From assembly GCA_032654565.1 (NCBI GenBank), contig JAULAX010000018.1, forward strand, positions 224,001 to 288,000: a DNA stretch of 64,000 nt, read 5' to 3'. The notes below the pieces were generated by a model that saw only the letters and a program-made list of their open reading frames with translations, was not told where the DNA came from and did not search any database. The DNA is from Anaeromyxobacteraceae bacterium. Its GTDB lineage: Bacteria > Myxococcota > Myxococcia > Myxococcales > Anaeromyxobacteraceae. A program made the translations under genes and the position numbers. Every line of letters starts with the position of its first letter. Positions within the stretch are counted from its first letter, which is position 1. Below, one piece after another: positions 41,325 to 52,271 of this stretch.

Positions 41325-42365
41325 ATGCGCCGTGTCGTCATCGCCCTGGTCGCCTTCACCGCCGTCCTCGCCACGCTCATCTCGCTGAAGGTCTGGCTCC
41401 AGGCCCGGGCCCTGGCGGCGCCGGCGGGCGGCTCCGGGCAGATCGAGGGGGTGGTGGTGGACCTGTCCTCCCGCGTCGGCGCCCGGGTGGTGGAGGTGAG
41501 GGTGCGCGAGGGGCAGGCGGTCAAGGCCGGCGACCTGCTGGTGCGGCTCGACTGCTCCGACCAGGACGCGGTGCTGGCCGAGGCCGAGGCCCGCCTCGCC
41601 ACCGCCCGGGCCCAGGCCAGCGCCGCCGGGGCCCAGCGCCAGTCGGCGGTCGGCTCCACGGCGGCGGCGCGGGCCGGCCAGGCGGCCGCCGGGGCCCAGG
41701 CCGCCTCGCTGGTGGCCCAGCGCGACGCCGCCGAGCGCCAGGCCCAGCGGGTGGCGGCCACGCCGGGCAGCGTCACCGAGGCCAGCATCGACCAGACCCG
41801 GTCGGCGGCCGACGGGCTGCTCCACCAGGCCGAGGCGGCGGCGGCGCAGGCCCGGGCCAGCGAGGCGCAGGCCCGGGCGGCCGAGGCCGGGGTGGGCGCG
41901 GCCGAGGCCCAGGCCCGGGCCGCCGAGGCCCAGGTGAAGGCGGCCGAGGCGTCGGTGGCGCGGGCCCGGCTGCTGGCGGGGGAGTGCGAGCTGAAGGCGC
42001 CGCGCGACGCCGAGGTGAGCAAGCTCCCGCACCAGGCGGGAGAGCTGGTGGCCCCCGGCGCGGTGCTGGTCCGCCTCGTCGACCTCTCCGAGCCGAAGGC
42101 CACCTTCTACCTGCCCAACGCCGAGGTCGCCGCCGTGAAGCCCGGGGCGGCGGCGCTGGTGGCGGCCGACGCCTGGCCCGGCCAGGCCTTCGAGGGGACG
42201 GTGCGGACCGTCTCGCTGGAGGCCGAGTTCACGCCCCGGAACATCCAGACCCGCACCGACCGCGACCGGCTGGTCTACCCGGTCGAGGTGACGGTGAAGG
42301 ATCCCGAGCACCGGCTGCGGGCCGGGATGCCGGTGCAGGTCACCATCCCCGGCACCGGGCGGTAG
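41325..42365 (+). CDS. HlyD-family periplasmic adaptor (YbhG-like)
   Basis: N-terminal TM, lipoyl-like VREGQAVKAGDLLVRLD, Ala-rich coiled coil, AEFTPRNIQT, LRAGMP. Confidence 0.9.
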   Translation: MRRVVIALVAFTAVLATLISLKVWLQARALAAPAGGSGQIEGVVVDLSSRVGARVVEVRVREGQAVKAGDLLVRLDCSDQDAVLAEAEARLATARAQASAAGAQRQSAVGSTAAARAGQAAAGAQAASLVAQRDAAERQAQRVAATPGSVTEASIDQTRSAADGLLHQAEAAAAQARASEAQARAAEAGVGAAEAQARAAEAQVKAAEASVARARLLAGECELKAPRDAEVSKLPHQAGELVAPGAVLVRLVDLSEPKATFYLPNAEVAAVKPGAAALVAADAWPGQAFEGTVRTVSLEAEFTPRNIQTRTDRDRLVYPVEVTVKDPEHRLRAGMPVQVTIPGTGR

Positions 42366-42367
42366 CC

Positions 42368-43135
42368 ATGGTGGAGCAGGCCACCGCCGCGCCGGCGCCA
42401 CCGGCCATCGTCGCCCGCGACCTGCGCCGCCGCTTCGGCGCCGTGCAGGCCCTCGACGGGCTCGGCTTCACGGTGGCGCGCGGCGAGCTCTACGGCCTGG
42501 TCGGCCCGGACGGCGCCGGCAAGACCACCGCCATCCGGGCGCTGGCCGGCCTCATCGACCTCGACGGCGGCGAGGCGCGCATCCTCGGCCTCGACCCGGC
42601 CCGTGACGGCGCGGTGCGCGAGCGGCTGGGGCTGATGCCGCAGCAGTACAGCCTCTACCGCGACCTCACCGTGGGCGAGAACCTGCGCTTCTTCGGCCGG
42701 CTGGCGACGCTCTCCGGCCCCACCTACCGCGAGCGCGCCGCCCGGCTGCTGGCGCTGACCCGCCTGGCCCCCTTCGTGGATCGGCGCGCCGACCAGCTCT
42801 CCGGCGGCATGTACAAGAAGCTGGCCCTCTCCTGCGCCCTGCTCACCGAGCCGGAGGTGCTGCTGCTCGACGAGCCGACCAACGGCGTCGACCCTGTCTC
42901 GCGGCGCGAGCTCTGGGCCCTGCTCCACGAGTTCGTCGAGGGGGGCATGGCGGTGGTGATCAGCACGCCCTACATGGACGAGGCGGAGCGCTGCCACCGG
43001 GTGGGGCTGGTGCACCACGGCCGGCTGCTCCTCGAGGGGGCGCCGGAGCGGCTGCTGGCCGACTTCGAGCGGGCCGGCCACGCCCGGCCCACCTTCGAGG
43101 AGCTCTTCATCGACTCGATCGGGCGGGCCGCGTGA
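42368..43135 (+). CDS. ABC transporter ATP-binding protein
   Basis: GPDGAGKTT, LSGGM, LDEPTNGVDPVSRR, STPYMDEAE. Confidence 0.9.
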   Translation: MVEQATAAPAPPAIVARDLRRRFGAVQALDGLGFTVARGELYGLVGPDGAGKTTAIRALAGLIDLDGGEARILGLDPARDGAVRERLGLMPQQYSLYRDLTVGENLRFFGRLATLSGPTYRERAARLLALTRLAPFVDRRADQLSGGMYKKLALSCALLTEPEVLLLDEPTNGVDPVSRRELWALLHEFVEGGMAVVISTPYMDEAERCHRVGLVHHGRLLLEGAPERLLADFERAGHARPTFEELFIDSIGRAA

Positions 43136-44070
43136 GCCAGGCCATCGTGGTCCGCGACCTGACCCGACGCTTCGGCGCCTTCACCGCGGTGGACGCGGTC
43201 TCCTTCGAGGTGGAGCAGGGGGAGATCTTCGGCTACCTCGGGGCCAACGGCGCCGGCAAGAGCACCACCATCCGCATGCTCATCGGGCTGCTGGCGCCGA
43301 CCGGGGGCCGGGCCACCGTGGCCGGGCACGACGTGGCCTCCGCGCCGAGCCGGGTCAAGGAGTCGATCGGCTACATGTCGCAGAAGTTCTCGCTCTACCT
43401 CGACCTGCCGGTGGAGGAGAACCTGCTCTTCTTCGGCGCCGCCTACGGCCTTGAGGGGCGGGCGCTGCGGACCCGCGCCGGCGAGCTGCTGGAGCGGGTC
43501 GGCCTCGACGCCCAGCACGACGTCACCACCGGTGACCTGCCGGGCGGCCAGCGGCAGCGGCTGGCGCTGGCCTGCGCCCTGCTGCACCGGCCCGGCATCG
43601 TCTTCCTCGACGAGCCCACCGCCGGCGTCGATCCGGTGGCGCGCCGCGCCTTCTGGGAGCTGATCCGCGAGCTGGCCGCCGGCGGCACCACCGTCTTCGT
43701 CACCACCCACTACCTCGACGAGGCCGAGTACTGCCGGCGCATCGGGCTGATGGTGGACGGGAAGCTGGCGGCCCTCGACACCCCGGCCGGCCTGAAGGAG
43801 ACCTGGGTGCCGGACCGGGTGCTGGTGGCGCGCGGGCGCGGCCTGGCGGCGGCCGGCCCCCGGCTGGCCGGCGCGGCCGGGGTGAGGGCGGTGGCCCCCT
43901 TCGGCGCCGGGCTCCACCTGCGCGTCGACCCGGCCCGGCTCGACGGGGCCGCGGTGGCGGCGGCGCTGCGGGCGGCCGGGGCCGAGGCGGTGGAGGTGGA
44001 GGAGGCGGCGCCGACCCTCGAGGACGTCTTCCTGGCGGTGGTCGACCGCGGCGCGGGGGCGGCGCCGTGA
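43132..44070 (+). CDS. ABC transporter ATP-binding protein
   Basis: GANGAGKST, YMSQKFSLY, LDEPTAGVDP, TTHYLDEAE. Confidence 0.9.
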   Translation: MSQAIVVRDLTRRFGAFTAVDAVSFEVEQGEIFGYLGANGAGKSTTIRMLIGLLAPTGGRATVAGHDVASAPSRVKESIGYMSQKFSLYLDLPVEENLLFFGAAYGLEGRALRTRAGELLERVGLDAQHDVTTGDLPGGQRQRLALACALLHRPGIVFLDEPTAGVDPVARRAFWELIRELAAGGTTVFVTTHYLDEAEYCRRIGLMVDGKLAALDTPAGLKETWVPDRVLVARGRGLAAAGPRLAGAAGVRAVAPFGAGLHLRVDPARLDGAAVAAALRAAGAEAVEVEEAAPTLEDVFLAVVDRGAGAAP

Positions 44071-45203
44071 CCGGCTCGCCGCTGCTCCGCTCGCTGCGCC
44101 GCATCGGCGCCATGGCCGGCAAGGAGACCATCCACGTCCGCCGCGACCCGCTCACCCTGGCGCTGGCGCTGGTGATGCCGGTGGTGATGCTCTTCCTCTT
44201 CGGCTACGGCGTCTCCAGCGACCTCGACCACATCCCGCTGGCCGTCGTCGACCAGGACCAGAGCGAGGCCTCGCGGGCGCTGGCGCTGGCCTTCGACGGG
44301 TCGCGCGAGTTCGCGGTGGTGGGGCGGACCGGCCCCGAGGGCGTCGAGGGGCTCTTCCGCGGCGGCGCGGCGGTGGCGGCGCTGGTGGTGCCGCGCGGCT
44401 ACCAGCAGGACCTGCTGCTGGGGCGCAAGGCCCAGGTCCAGCTCATGCTCGACGGCGCCGACCCGGTGGTGGGGAACCAGATCCTCTCCAAGGCCGACGC
44501 CATCGCCCGCGTCGAGAGCCAGCGGCTGGCCGGCGCCACCTTCGCCCGGCTCCAGCCCCCGCTGCAGGTCAAGGTCTGGACCCGCTACAACCCCGAGGGT
44601 CGCTCGGCGCTCTACATGGTCCCCGGGCTCTCGGCCTTCCTGCTGGCCATCACCGCGGTGATGCTGACGGCGCTGGCCATCGCCGGAGAGTGGGAGCGCG
44701 GGTCGATGGAGCAGCTCTTCGCCTCGCCGGTGGGCCGCCTCGAGATCGTGCTCGGCAAGCTGCTCCCCTACCTGGCGCTGGGGCTGCTGGAGCTTCTGCT
44801 GGTGGTGGCCTTCGGGGCCCTGGTCTTCGACGTCCCCATCCGCGGCAGCCTGCCCCTGATCATGCTCTTCGGCCTGGTCTTCCTGGCCGGCATGCTCGGG
44901 CAGGGGCTCTTCATCTCGGTGGTGGCCAAGAACCAGCTGGTGGCCACCCAGGCCGGGGCGCTCTCGGCCATGCTGCCGGCCATCATCCTCTCCGGCATGA
45001 TCTTCCCCATCGAGAACATGCCGCTGGCGCTGCAGGCCGTCTCGCGCCTGATCCCGTCCCGCTACCTGGTCCACAGCCTGCGCGGCATCCTGCTCAAGGG
45101 GAACGGGCTCGACGTGCTCTGGCCCGACCTGCTGGCCATGGCCCTCTTCGCGGTGGCCATCCTCGGGCTGGCCACCGCCCGCTTCAAGCGGAGGTTGGCG
45201 TGA
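44067..45203 (+). CDS. ABC-2 permease (YbhS-like)
   Basis: KETIHVRRD, YNP, EWERGSMEQL, GKLLPY. Confidence 0.9.
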   Translation: MTGSPLLRSLRRIGAMAGKETIHVRRDPLTLALALVMPVVMLFLFGYGVSSDLDHIPLAVVDQDQSEASRALALAFDGSREFAVVGRTGPEGVEGLFRGGAAVAALVVPRGYQQDLLLGRKAQVQLMLDGADPVVGNQILSKADAIARVESQRLAGATFARLQPPLQVKVWTRYNPEGRSALYMVPGLSAFLLAITAVMLTALAIAGEWERGSMEQLFASPVGRLEIVLGKLLPYLALGLLELLLVVAFGALVFDVPIRGSLPLIMLFGLVFLAGMLGQGLFISVVAKNQLVATQAGALSAMLPAIILSGMIFPIENMPLALQAVSRLIPSRYLVHSLRGILLKGNGLDVLWPDLLAMALFAVAILGLATARFKRRLA

Positions 45204-46351
45204 GCGCCACCGGCTTCTGGCACACCGCCCGGCGCCAGCTGGGGGCGGTCTTCCGCAAGGAGGTCAGCCAGACCATCCGCGACCGGCGGGTCATGGTCCT
45301 GCTCATCGTGGCGCCGCTGGTGCAGACCGTGATGTTCGGCTTCGCCGTCGACTTCGACGTCGACCGGGTGCCCACCGTGCTGGTGGACCAGGATCGCAGC
45401 GACCAGGGCCGGCTGCTGGCCCGCCAGGTGCTGGCCGACCAGACCCTGCGCCACGCCGGCGACCTGGCCGGGATCCCCGAGGCCGACCACGCCCTCGACG
45501 ACGGCCGCGCCGCCGCGGCGCTGGTCTTCCCGCCCGGCCTGGCCCGCGATCTCGCCAGCCAGCGCCCCGCCGAGGTGCAGCTGCTGCTCGACGGCACCGA
45601 TCCCAACCGCGCCATGGTGGCCAGCGGCGCGGTCTCCCGCTACTTCGGCGAGGTGGGCGAGCGGCTCATCCGCGAGCGGCTGGAGGCGGCCGGGCGCCCG
45701 GCGCCGGCCCAGGTGGTGCTCTCGCCGCGGGTCCTCTACAACCCGCGGCTCAAGACCGCCCCCTACATCGTGCCCGGCATCGCCGGCACGCTGCTGGTCA
45801 TCGTCACCACGCTGGTCACCGCCATGGGGCTGTCGCGGGAGCGCGAGATGGGGACCATGGAGCAGGTGCTGGTGACCCCCATCCGCCCCCTCTGGCTGCT
45901 CATCGGCAAGCTGCTCCCCTTCCTGGTGATCGGGATCTTCGACGTGCTGCTGCTGGTGGCGGTGGGGAGCTGGGTCTTCGAGGTGCCGCTGCGGGGCAGC
46001 CTGCTGGTGGGCGCCACCGGGGTGCTGCTCTACCTCTTCTCCACGCTGGGGGTCGGGCTGCTGATCTCGACGCTCTCGCAGAACCAGCAGCAGGCCTTCC
46101 TGGGCGGCTTCATCTTCATGATGCCGGCCATCCTGCTCTCCGGGGTGATGACGCCCATCCGCGGCATGCCCGGCTGGCTGCAGGTGATCACCTGGCTCAA
46201 CCCGGTGCGCCACTTCGCCGAGGTGATGCGCGGGGTGCTGATGCGGGGCGCCGGCTTCGGCGACCTCTGGTTCCAGCTGGCCTTCCTGGCGGCGCTCGGC
46301 GTCGGGGTGATGGCGCTGGCGGTGGCCCGCTTCCGCACCCAGCTGGCCTGA
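45200..46351 (+). CDS. ABC-2 permease (YbhR-like)
   Basis: RKEVSQTIRD, YNP, REREMGTMEQVLVTP, GKLLPF. Confidence 0.9.
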   Translation: MSATGFWHTARRQLGAVFRKEVSQTIRDRRVMVLLIVAPLVQTVMFGFAVDFDVDRVPTVLVDQDRSDQGRLLARQVLADQTLRHAGDLAGIPEADHALDDGRAAAALVFPPGLARDLASQRPAEVQLLLDGTDPNRAMVASGAVSRYFGEVGERLIRERLEAAGRPAPAQVVLSPRVLYNPRLKTAPYIVPGIAGTLLVIVTTLVTAMGLSREREMGTMEQVLVTPIRPLWLLIGKLLPFLVIGIFDVLLLVAVGSWVFEVPLRGSLLVGATGVLLYLFSTLGVGLLISTLSQNQQQAFLGGFIFMMPAILLSGVMTPIRGMPGWLQVITWLNPVRHFAEVMRGVLMRGAGFGDLWFQLAFLAALGVGVMALAVARFRTQLA

Positions 46352-46384
46352 CCGCCGGCCCCGGCGCCGCGCCGCGCCGGCGGC

Positions 46385-48832
46385 TCAGTTCACCGGCAGG
46401 TGGAGCTTGACCAGCAGCTCCTTGAAGCGGGGATCGGTGGAGAGCCCCTGCACCAGCGGATCGAGCCGCAGGTCCATGAGCCCGCCGTCGGCCTCCAGCC
46501 GGGCCCGCTCCAGCCAGCGAAAGGCCAGGTCCTTCTCGCCCCGCCAGGCGTAGACGGTGGCGATCTGGAAGGGGCCCGCGTCGGCGTAGCGGGCCAGCAG
46601 CTGGTCGAGCGCCGCCTGGGCCTCGGCGCGCCGCCCCAGCGAGTGGAGCGCCGCCGCCGTCAGCTGGAGCCGGAACAGCTCCTGGCTGCAGCGCCTGGCC
46701 TCCTCGAGGGCCTGCTCCGGCCGCCCCTCGACCAGCTCGACCAGGGCCAGGTAGGTGGTGGCGAAGTCCTGCCGCGGCCGCAGCTGCGCCGAGCGGGTGG
46801 CGGCCCGGCGGGTCTCCTCCAGGTCGCCCAGCGCCAGCTGGATGGCCGCCAGCGAGGACCAGGCGCTGGGTGAGAGCGGGTCGAGCCGGGTGGCCAGCAG
46901 CGCCGCGGTCCTGGCCTCGGCCAGCTGCCCCAGGGGGGCGAGGACATCGCGGGCGTAGCGCTGGCGGATCTCGGCGTTGCCGGGATCGAGCGCCACCGCC
47001 CGCTCCAGGTCGGAGCGGGCGCCGATCCAGTCCCAGTCGACGCTGACCCGCAGGAAGCCGCGGACGGCGTACCCCTCGGCCAGCTCGGGGGCCAGCGCCA
47101 CCGCCTGCTCGGCCGCGCTCATGGCCTCGTCGCGGGCCGCCTTGAGCTGCTCGGCGGTGCCGTCGGCGTTGGCGTGGCCCCAGAAGAGCGCCTGGGAGAG
47201 GCCGGCCCAGGCCGGGGCGTAGGTGGGGTCGAGCGCCAGGGCCCGGCGGAAGGCGACCACCGCCCGCTGGGCGTCCTCGGCCCGCTCCTCGCGGTCGAGC
47301 TGCCGCCCCAGCAGGTACTGGGCATAGACCTCGGGATCGGCGGTCCAGTGGTGCCTGGAGCTGGGGGCGTGGCCCGCCAGCAGCTTCACCTGCAGGGCCT
47401 TGACCACGGCGGCGGCGATCTCGTCCTGGACCGCGAAGAGGTCGGCCACGTCGCGGTCGAAGGTGCGCGACCAGAGGTGGTAGCCGTCGGCCACCTTGAG
47501 GAGCTGGGCGGTCACCCGCAGCCGGTCACCGGACCGCCGCACGCTCCCCTCCAGCACCGCCTCGACGCCGAGGTCGCGCCCCAGCTGCCGCAGGTCGGGG
47601 AGCGGGTCCTGCAGGGCGGCGGTCGACCGCCGGCCGGTCACCCGCAGCCCCTCCAGCCGGGTCAGCGCCGCCACGATCTCCTCGGCCAGCCCCTCGGCGA
47701 GGTGGCCCTGGTCGTGCCTCCCGCTCAGGTCGACGAAGGTGAGGACCGCCACCGAGGGGGTCGGGTCGACCGCGGCCCGCCGACGCCACTCCCAGGCCCC
47801 CAGGGCCAGGGCCCCCAGCACCAGCAGGGCCGCGGCCACCGCCGCGATGTGGCCGGTCCAGCGGCGCCAGTGCGGCTGGATGCGGACCGAGCCGGCCGCC
47901 GGGCCACCCACCTCGGGCGGCGCCAGCTCGGCCTGGGTCACCAGCAGGCCGGCCAGCACCACGGCGCCGTCGCGCGGCCGCCGCACCGGGTCCTGCTCCA
48001 GCATCCGCGAGATCAGCCGGCCCAGCGCCGGGTGGCCGGGCACGGTGAGGCGCGGTGCTGGCTCCCCGCCGAGCACCGAGCGCCCCTCGTCGTCGGGGAA
48101 GGGGAGGGCGCCGGTGAGCATGCGGAACAGCAGCACGCCCAGCGCGAAGACGTCGGTCCGCTCGTCCTCGGGCGCCTCGCGCCACTGCTCCGGGGCCATG
48201 CCGTTGGGCGTGCCGCCGCCCATGCGCCGGCGGCCGAAGGCCTGGGCCAGGCCGAAGTCGAGCACCTTGGCGCCGCCCCCCTCGACGAGGAAGACGTTGG
48301 AGGGCTTGAGGTCGCGGTGGACCACGCCGTGGGCGTGGGCCCAGGCCAGGCCGCGGGCCACGTCGACGGCGATGGCCACGGCCTCGGCGGGGGCCAGCGG
48401 GCCGCGGGCCAGCCGCGCCGAGAGGGTCTTGCCGCGCAGCAGCTCCAGCACCAGGTACGGGCCGTGGGCGCAGCGCCCCACGTCGTAGAGCGTCACCAGG
48501 TTGGGGTGGGCCAGCCGGGCGATGGTCTCGGCCTCGCGCCGCAGCTGGTCCTCGGCCACCTCGGCGCGCCCGGCGCGGACCACCTTGAAGGCCACCAGGC
48601 GGCCCAGCGAGGTGTCGCGGGCCTCGAAGACCACGCCGAAGGCGCCGCGCCCCAGCTCCCGCACCAGCTCGAACCGGTCGACGCGGGCCCCGGGCCGGAG
48701 GTCGGGCGACCAGGCCACCCCCTCGTCGACGGCGGGGGTGTGGGCCAGGTCGGCGAGCAGCGCAGAGATGGAGCCGGGCTCGGGGGCTTCCTGGTCGGGT
48801 GACTCTGGCGGCACGGCCCGGGACGTTGGCAC
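46385..48832 (-). CDS. Hanks-type Ser/Thr kinase - TM - TolB-N-like - TPR
   Basis: GRGAFG, VAFK, HRDLKPSN, DFG, MAPEQ; SVAVLTF...VLEGSVRR...HLWSRTFDR; TPR helices. Confidence 0.88.
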   Translation of the reverse strand: MPTSRAVPPESPDQEAPEPGSISALLADLAHTPAVDEGVAWSPDLRPGARVDRFELVRELGRGAFGVVFEARDTSLGRLVAFKVVRAGRAEVAEDQLRREAETIARLAHPNLVTLYDVGRCAHGPYLVLELLRGKTLSARLARGPLAPAEAVAIAVDVARGLAWAHAHGVVHRDLKPSNVFLVEGGGAKVLDFGLAQAFGRRRMGGGTPNGMAPEQWREAPEDERTDVFALGVLLFRMLTGALPFPDDEGRSVLGGEPAPRLTVPGHPALGRLISRMLEQDPVRRPRDGAVVLAGLLVTQAELAPPEVGGPAAGSVRIQPHWRRWTGHIAAVAAALLVLGALALGAWEWRRRAAVDPTPSVAVLTFVDLSGRHDQGHLAEGLAEEIVAALTRLEGLRVTGRRSTAALQDPLPDLRQLGRDLGVEAVLEGSVRRSGDRLRVTAQLLKVADGYHLWSRTFDRDVADLFAVQDEIAAAVVKALQVKLLAGHAPSSRHHWTADPEVYAQYLLGRQLDREERAEDAQRAVVAFRRALALDPTYAPAWAGLSQALFWGHANADGTAEQLKAARDEAMSAAEQAVALAPELAEGYAVRGFLRVSVDWDWIGARSDLERAVALDPGNAEIRQRYARDVLAPLGQLAEARTAALLATRLDPLSPSAWSSLAAIQLALGDLEETRRAATRSAQLRPRQDFATTYLALVELVEGRPEQALEEARRCSQELFRLQLTAAALHSLGRRAEAQAALDQLLARYADAGPFQIATVYAWRGEKDLAFRWLERARLEADGGLMDLRLDPLVQGLSTDPRFKELLVKLHLPVN

Positions 48833-48898
48833 GCCGCGCGAAGCGGCGGCAAGTCACGGGGAAGGGGGACGGGGACCGTCCGCCTTCTCCGGCCGCGG

Positions 48899-50116
48899 TC
48901 ACCTGCGGTAGCGCTCCAGGCAGCGCTCGCCGAAAGCCTGCCGCGCCGCCAACTTGTTGTGCGGTCCGCAGAGCAATCGGAGATTGTCCTCCGTCCTCCC
49001 GCCGAACATGGCCCACGGCAGGATGTGATCGAGCTCCAGGCGGTGCGTCGAGCCGCAGCGGCCGCCGCCGTCCCGAGGCCAGCAGCAGCGCCCCCCGTCC
49101 CGCGCCCAGACGGCGCGGCGGACGGCGGCGGGGATGGCTTCGCGAGGTCCGGTGCGGCGGAGAGGTGGTGGCTCGTTCGAAGGTTCGATCGAAGACTCGG
49201 CCAGGGGCGGGTTCTCGGACAGAGTCGCGGCGGAGGTTCCGACCGGGGCTGCCGTGGGGACGACGCTGCGCGGCCTCTTCACCTGTCCCCGCGCCCTGGC
49301 CTGCTTCTCAAGCAAGAGCCTCAGCGCCGCCTGAAGCACCTGCTCCGTGGTGGCGTTCGGGATGGCGTGCGAGAGGCCGTCCTTGGCCATTTCAAGCTCC
49401 TTGAGGAACCGGCGGCTCACCGTGACGTGGAGCCTGCGCAGGTCGGCGGTGAGGGGCTCGACTTCGTCGCGGGAGGCGACGACCCGTCCGGGCTGGGTGA
49501 AACCGAGTTCAGTTGACTGAACCGTCTTGACCGATCGTGTGGCCTGGGGTGCCTGCAGTTCGAGCGCTGCCGGCGAGACCAGCTCGCTCGGCCGGACCGC
49601 CTCGACCAACCGAGGCGACCCCAGGAGCGTCACCACGGCCCGGACCGGCGGATTGGTGACGGGTGCGAGCGCCGCCACCACCTCCCTCGCCTGCTGCGAG
49701 GAACAGCCGAAGAAGCGCGGCACCACCTCCGTGCGGTTGGCCTCTGTCAGGACCTTGGAAAGCTCGAACACGGTGGTGATGCACAGGCGCCCGTCGCGGA
49801 GCGGATCGATGAGATCGGGGAAGCGCTGGAGCAGGCGAGCTGCCGTCTGCCGGAAGAAGGCCCCGCCCTTGGAGAGCCCGAGCTCTACATTGAGGAAGGC
49901 GAAGAGGCTGGCGTGGCCAAGCACCTCCCAGCCGCGGTTGCGGTCGAAGTGTGCCAGGGCGAGCAGGAAATCGGCCGCGGCGGACCGCTCGGCGCGCAGC
50001 AGCGTAGCCAGTCCGTCGCGAGCCTGGCGAGCATCACAGAGTTCGAGGGAGGGAGAGGCCGCTCCGTGGATGGAGGCCGCGGCCGAGGGTGGGGTCGGAT
50101 GCGCGTGGTTGATCAT
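48899..50116 (-). CDS. HNH endonuclease with long N-terminal domain
   Basis: C-terminal IPAAVRRAVWARDGGRC...CGSTHRLELDHI...NLRLLCGPHN; less biased codon usage than neighbours. Confidence 0.85.
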   Translation of the reverse strand: MINHAHPTPPSAAASIHGAASPSLELCDARQARDGLATLLRAERSAAADFLLALAHFDRNRGWEVLGHASLFAFLNVELGLSKGGAFFRQTAARLLQRFPDLIDPLRDGRLCITTVFELSKVLTEANRTEVVPRFFGCSSQQAREVVAALAPVTNPPVRAVVTLLGSPRLVEAVRPSELVSPAALELQAPQATRSVKTVQSTELGFTQPGRVVASRDEVEPLTADLRRLHVTVSRRFLKELEMAKDGLSHAIPNATTEQVLQAALRLLLEKQARARGQVKRPRSVVPTAAPVGTSAATLSENPPLAESSIEPSNEPPPLRRTGPREAIPAAVRRAVWARDGGRCCWPRDGGGRCGSTHRLELDHILPWAMFGGRTEDNLRLLCGPHNKLAARQAFGERCLERYRR

Positions 50117-50311
50117 TCACGCATCGTCTCATTCAGGTCTGACATTTCCGGGCCTGCCCACACGCATAGAACCCAAGAGGGACAGGCCATTGGTGACAAA
50201 CGTACCCGAATCCGAAGGCGCCGCCGCAGGGACCGGTGGGCGGGACGCGACGGACGGCAGGTGGGGGACGGTCTGAGGGTCGTCCCATCAAACCGATCGA
50301 GAAGTCAGTCT

Positions 50312-50602
50312 TCATGGCTTGCGGCGGCGCCACCAGAAGCCGGCGCCGTCGCGATTGAGAGCGAGTTCTGCAGCCGCGCCCGTCACGTCCACGCGCCGCG
50401 CGCCGAGGCCGGCGCTCCTGTGGTGGCGCAGCGCAGCCTGGCCCGAGCGGACCCGACCCGCCGGGACCGAGAGGCGGGCGCCGTCAGGAGGAGGGGGCGG
50501 AACCAAACCGCAGCGAAAGCCAGGCCAGGAGGCGGTCCTCATGGTTTGCGGCGGCGACGCCAGAGGCCGTCGCCGTCGCGACTGGCCCCGTCGCAACTGG
50601 CC
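50312..50602. repeat. Two 46-bp imperfect direct repeats, each a hairpin, plus a 15-bp tandem duplication
   Basis: 50312-50357 vs 50539-50584 (40/46 identical); CCGTCGCGACTGGCC 50573-50587 / CCGTCGCAACTGGCC 50588-50602. Confidence 0.85.
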
Positions 50603-50643
50603 CCCGCGTGCGGCCCACCCCGGCCCGGGTTAGATTGCCGCCC

Positions 50644-51380
<737 letters not shown>

Positions 51381-51384
<4 letters not shown>

Positions 51385-52142
51385 TCTCGCTGGGCTTCCG
51401 CACCCTGCTGGTCAAGGAGATCCGCCGCTTCCTGCGGGTCCCCGGGCAGACCCTGGCGACGCCGCTCCTGACCACCACCCTCTACTTCCTGGTCTTCGGC
51501 GTCTCCATCGGCCACCAGCTGCGCGAGGTGGGCGGCGTGCCCTACGCCCGCTTCATCGTGCCCGGGCTGGTGCTGATGGGGGTGATGCAGAACGCCTACC
51601 TCAACAGCGCCTCCTCGCTCTTCGTCATGAAGCTGCAGGGGACCATCGTCGACGTGCTGGTCTCGCCGCTCTCCTACGCCGAGATCCTCGGGGCCTTCGT
51701 GCTGGCGGCGGTGGTGCGCGGCCTGCTGGTGGGGGGCATCACCTGGGCGGTGGCCGGGGCCTTCACCGGCTTCGAGGTGGCCCACCCGGCGCTGGCGCTG
51801 GCGCTGGTGGCGCTGGCGGCCGCCGCCTTCGCGGCCGGCGGGGTGGTGAGCGCCATCTGGGCGCAGACCTTCGAGCAGGTGAACTTCTTCCCCACCTTCT
51901 TCATCCTGCCCCTCACCTTCCTCGGGGGGGTCTTCTTCTCGGTGCGGATGCTGCCCCCCGGGCTGGCGGCGGCGGCCCGGGCCAATCCGGTTTTTTACAT
52001 GGTGGACGGCCTGCGCTTCGCCATGCTGGGGAGCAGCGACGCCTCCCCCTGGGTCGGCGCCGGCCTGGTGGCCCTGCTGGCGGCCGGGGCGCACACCGTG
52101 GCCTACCTGCTCCTCCGCTCCGGCTGGCGGCTGCGCGGCTGA
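51381..52142 (+). CDS. ABC-2 permease (YadH-like)
   Basis: KEIRRFLRV..QTL, FIVPGL, PLTFLGGVFF, NPVFYMVDGLR. Confidence 0.88.
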
Positions 52143-52271
52143 GCATGGTACAGGGGGCCTCTTCCGCGACCTCTTGTCCGAATCCCGGAATCCGTTTCGG
52201 GGTCAGATTGGTTTAGTGTACGGCCCCTCAACGGGTCCCAACCGTTTCCCGTCTCCATGGAGGTTTCACCG

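Noticed and set aside
39649..42401. Long N-terminal extensions of ORFs 38296..41307, 39645..42401, 39753..42365
   Set aside because: High-GC open frames overlapping genuine genes; recognisable domains begin at 39648, 40979 and 41325
50133..50596. Small ORFs starting or ending in the 46-bp repeats
   Set aside because: No codon bias or recognisable domain; the shared WRRRKP ends simply reflect the DNA repeat
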